From the NCBI RefSeq assembly GCF_032116555.1, contig NZ_CP134949.1, positions 2,356,001 to 2,420,000 of the forward strand: 64,000 nucleotides of DNA, given 5' to 3'. The stretch comes from Halorarum halobium. GTDB lineage: Archaea; Halobacteriota; Halobacteria; Halobacteriales; Haloferacaceae. Positions 61,160 to 64,000 of this stretch are shown here, piece by piece. The stretch's first letter is position 1. Each line of letters starts with the position of its first letter. The notes below the pieces were generated by a model. That model saw only the letters and a list, made by a program, of their open reading frames with translations. It did not search any database and was not told the origin of the DNA. The position numbers and the translations under genes are program-made.

Positions 61160-62986
61160 TTATACAGCGTCCTCCAGTTCCAGGGTCGGTCGAATGCCGA
61201 GCGCCTTCATCTCGTCCAGCAGGAGCTTGAAGGCGTAGCTGACCTCGATCTCGTGGATGTCGTCCTCGTCACCCGTGATCGGGTCGTAGATCCGGCGCTG
61301 CTCGCGGTCCTCGACCGCGACCATGCCGGTCTCCTCCGAGATGTACACCGTCTCGCGGTCGGAGGCGTCGAGCAGCCGTTCCTTCAGCGCCATCGCCGCG
61401 CCGTGTCCGATGAGCACCTCGCGCTCCATCTCGCCGACGCGGAGCCCGCCCTCGCGGGCGCGCCCCTCGGTCGGCTGGCGGGTGAGCACCTGCACCGGCC
61501 CGCGCGATCGGGCGTGCAGCTTGTTCGACACCATGTGGTACAGCTTGTGGTAGAAGATGGTGCCGACGAAGATCTCCGCCTCGATCTTCTCGCCGGTGAC
61601 GCCCGAGTACATGACCTCCTTTCCGGAGGACTTGTAGCCGTGCTCCTCCAGCGAGTCGCGGAGTTCGTCCTCGTTCTCGCCCTGGAACGCGGTGCCGTCG
61701 ACGCGCCGGCCCTCCAGCGCGCCGACCTTGCCGCCCAGCATCTCCAGCACGTGGCCGACCGTCATGCGCGAGGGGAGCGCGTGCGGGTTGAGCACCAGGT
61801 CAGGGACGACGCCGTCCTCGGTGAACGGCATGTCCTCCTGGGGGGCGAGGTGGCCGACGACGCCCTTCTGGCCGTGCCGGGACGCGAACTTGTCCCCGAG
61901 TTCGGGGATGCGCTCGTCCCGGACCGAGACCTTCGAGAGCTTCGAGCCGTCCTCGCCCTCCATCAGCGTCACGGTGTCGACGACGCCGTCCTCGCCGGAA
62001 CGCATCGTGACCGACGTCTCGCGGCGCTTCTGGGGGGAGAGCCCGCCCATGTCGTCGGGCTCCTCGAGGAACCGCGGGGGGCTCGTCTTCCCGAGCAGGA
62101 CCGAGTTCTCGTCGACCTTCGTCTCGGGGTTGACGAGGCCGTCCTCGTCGAGGTGGGTGTACGCGTCCTCGCCGCGGGCGCCGCGGACGTCCTGGGAGGG
62201 GATCTCGAAGCGGTCCTCCTGGCCGCCGGGGTAGCGCCGCTCCTCGCCCTCGTAGGTGCGGAAGAAGTGCGAGCGCGACATCGCGCGGTCGACCGACCCC
62301 TTGTTCATGACCAGCGCGTCCTCGATGTTGAATCCCTCGTAGGACATGACGGCGACGACGAAGTTCTGCGCGGCGGGGCGCTCGTCGAAGCCGATCTGCT
62401 CGGTCGTCTGGGTCTTCACCATCGACAGCTGCGGGTAGTGCATCAGGTGCTGCCGGGTGTCGGGCCGGATGCGGTAGTTGGCCGAGGGGAGCCCGAGCGA
62501 CTGCTTCATCATCCCCGCGCCCATGGTGATCCGCGGGCTGGCGTTGTGTTCCGGATACGGGATCATGCCCGCGCCGATGCCGAAGATGAGCTGCGGGTCG
62601 ATCTCGAGGTGGGTGGTGTTCTCGGTGATGTCGTCCTCGTCGACGGCGACGAGGATGTTTTCCTCCTCCTCGGCGTCGATGAACTCGACGAGGCCGTGCT
62701 CGACGAGGTCCTCGAACTCGATCTCGCCGTCGTTCATCGCCTCGACGTGCTCGTCGTCGAGCATCGGCTCGCCGTTCTCCACGACGATGAGCGGCCGCCG
62801 GGCGCGCCCGGCGTCGGCGTTCACGATGACCTCGCCGGTGCGCTCCCGCACCGAGACGTTCACCGTATCGGAGACGTCGCCGCGCCGACGCGCCTCCCGG
62901 ATCTGTGCTGCGAGCTGGTTCGGGTCGGGGTGTGTCCCGACCAGGCTCCCGTTGACGTATACTTTCGCTTCTCGTGCCTGAGCCAT
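61160..62986 (-). CDS. rpoB1: RNA polymerase subunit B' (Rpo2C)
   Basis: [12 protein letters not shown] and [10 protein letters not shown]. Confidence 0.98.
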   Translation of the reverse strand: MAQAREAKVYVNGSLVGTHPDPNQLAAQIREARRRGDVSDTVNVSVRERTGEVIVNADAGRARRPLIVVENGEPMLDDEHVEAMNDGEIEFEDLVEHGLVEFIDAEEEENILVAVDEDDITENTTHLEIDPQLIFGIGAGMIPYPEHNASPRITMGAGMMKQSLGLPSANYRIRPDTRQHLMHYPQLSMVKTQTTEQIGFDERPAAQNFVVAVMSYEGFNIEDALVMNKGSVDRAMSRSHFFRTYEGEERRYPGGQEDRFEIPSQDVRGARGEDAYTHLDEDGLVNPETKVDENSVLLGKTSPPRFLEEPDDMGGLSPQKRRETSVTMRSGEDGVVDTVTLMEGEDGSKLSKVSVRDERIPELGDKFASRHGQKGVVGHLAPQEDMPFTEDGVVPDLVLNPHALPSRMTVGHVLEMLGGKVGALEGRRVDGTAFQGENEDELRDSLEEHGYKSSGKEVMYSGVTGEKIEAEIFVGTIFYHKLYHMVSNKLHARSRGPVQVLTRQPTEGRAREGGLRVGEMEREVLIGHGAAMALKERLLDASDRETVYISEETGMVAVEDREQRRIYDPITGDEDDIHEIEVSYAFKLLLDEMKALGIRPTLELEDAV

Positions 62987-62988
62987 GT

Positions 62989-64000
62989 TTAGTCGTCCGC
63001 TGATGCGCGGTCCACGCCCTCGATGCCGGGCATCCCTTCGACGCCCATGGACGCGAGTTCACGTTTGAGTGCCTGTTCGTCCTCGATGTTCTGTGAGAGC
63101 TCCATCGCCTGCGCGAAGTTCTTCACGAGCCCGCAGTTGGGCCCCTCCGGGGTTTCGGAGGGACAGATGCGACCCCACTGGGTCGCGTGCAGGTCGCGCG
63201 CCTCGAAGTGCGGCTGGGACCGCGAGAGCGGCGAGCGGAGGCGACGAAGGTGTGAGAGCACGCCCATGTAGTCCGTCCGGTCGACGAGCTGGGAGACGCC
63301 CGAGCGGCCGCCCACCCAGTTCCCGGTGGCGATGGGGTGTTCGAGCCGTTCGGTGAGCACGTCCGAGCGAACCACCGTGTTGACGGTGAGCTGCCGGTTG
63401 CGCATGTTCGCACGTTCGAGCTGGTACTTCACGTCCCGGGCCAGCTTGTTCAGCGCCGTCCGGAACAGGTCGGTCATCAGGTCGCCCGAGACCTTGAGCC
63501 GCTTGTTCGCGTAGTGGTCCTTGTCGTCGGACTCGCGCCGGCCGAGCGCGAGTTCGAAGCAGGCTTCGGCCATCCGGCAGAGGTAGAACGCCTTGTTGCT
63601 GCGGGTCTCCTCGTCCTCGATGCCCTCCTCGTGGAGGTGCGGGAGGAGGTAGCGGTCGATGACGTAGTTCGCCCGCTTGAGCTGGTAGTTCTTCCCCTGG
63701 CCCGAGGCGACGCGCTCGCCGAGGGTCTCGATGGCCTCCTCCTCGGTCTGCACTTCGGCCTCCTCCAGGTTCTCCAGCATGTACTTCACGATCTCGGGGT
63801 CGTCCGAGACGCGGTGGACGATCTCCTCGTCGGATTCGAGCCCGAGCGCACGGACGAGGGTGACGAAGTTCACCGAGCCGGAGACCGACGGGAAGCTCAC
63901 TTCGAGCAGCCCCTCGCGGTTGCGCTCACAGAGGACCAGGGCGCGGTAGCCACGGCGCTGGGAGAACGTCTTGGCGACCTGGATCTCGTCGCCGTACTTC
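62989..64000 (-). CDS. rpoB2: RNA polymerase subunit B'' (Rpo2N), 5' part outside the window
   Basis: [11 protein letters not shown] and [13 protein letters not shown]. Confidence 0.97.
   Translation of the reverse strand, partial: KYGDEIQVAKTFSQRRGYRALVLCERNREGLLEVSFPSVSGSVNFVTLVRALGLESDEEIVHRVSDDPEIVKYMLENLEEAEVQTEEEAIETLGERVASGQGKNYQLKRANYVIDRYLLPHLHEEGIEDEETRSNKAFYLCRMAEACFELALGRRESDDKDHYANKRLKVSGDLMTDLFRTALNKLARDVKYQLERANMRNRQLTVNTVVRSDVLTERLEHPIATGNWVGGRSGVSQLVDRTDYMGVLSHLRRLRSPLSRSQPHFEARDLHATQWGRICPSETPEGPNCGLVKNFAQAMELSQNIEDEQALKRELASMGVEGMPGIEGVDRASADD

Noticed and set aside
55298..62992. Very long plus-strand ORFs (917, 1049 and 616 aa) and similar shadow ORFs elsewhere (e.g. 10171-12897, 29466-31535, 44008-45882)
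   Set aside because: They are antisense or alternate frames of well-identified genes, open because of high GC3 bias, and lack the acidic halophilic composition.
56990..64000. Inteins in RNA polymerase subunits or elongation factors, and introns in the two tRNAs
   Set aside because: Protein lengths are normal, no splicing or LAGLIDADG motifs are visible, and both tRNAs fold without an insert.

Overview
High-GC haloarchaeal (class Halobacteria) chromosomal window. The core contains the rpoB''-B'-A'-A''-nusA / rps12-rps7 / EF-2 / ACT-hom / EF-1alpha-rps10 cluster, plus ABCE1, SepF, RNase R, FAU-1, a Liv-type ABC transporter and a VapBC pair. Two more AT-rich islands sit at tRNA 3' ends. Island 1 (<1-8132, tRNA-Val(CAC)) is decayed, with an IS5/ISH1-group element and a dead integrase. 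Island 2 (31874-38833, tRNA-Ala(CGC)) is bounded by a 12-bp att repeat and carries a tyrosine integrase, a phiH1-like repressor with three operator-like palindromes, and regulatory/membrane cargo. Main unexplained signals: (1) a Thr-rich leader ORF with rare Thr codons abutting the ACT-hom operon; (2) an att core inside the integrase ORF, so excision would create an immediate stop codon; (3) a 112-bp array of four different hairpins at about 28-bp pitch inside a structured repeat; (4) a degenerate 27-bp quasi-palindrome at gene boundaries in both islands; (5) an identical TTCACTTTCACTCCG box at identical spacing upstream of two unrelated small genes; (6) a stand-alone class I terpene-synthase-like gene. 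All calls come from reading the sequence; no searches were run, so family and DUF names are recalled resemblances.
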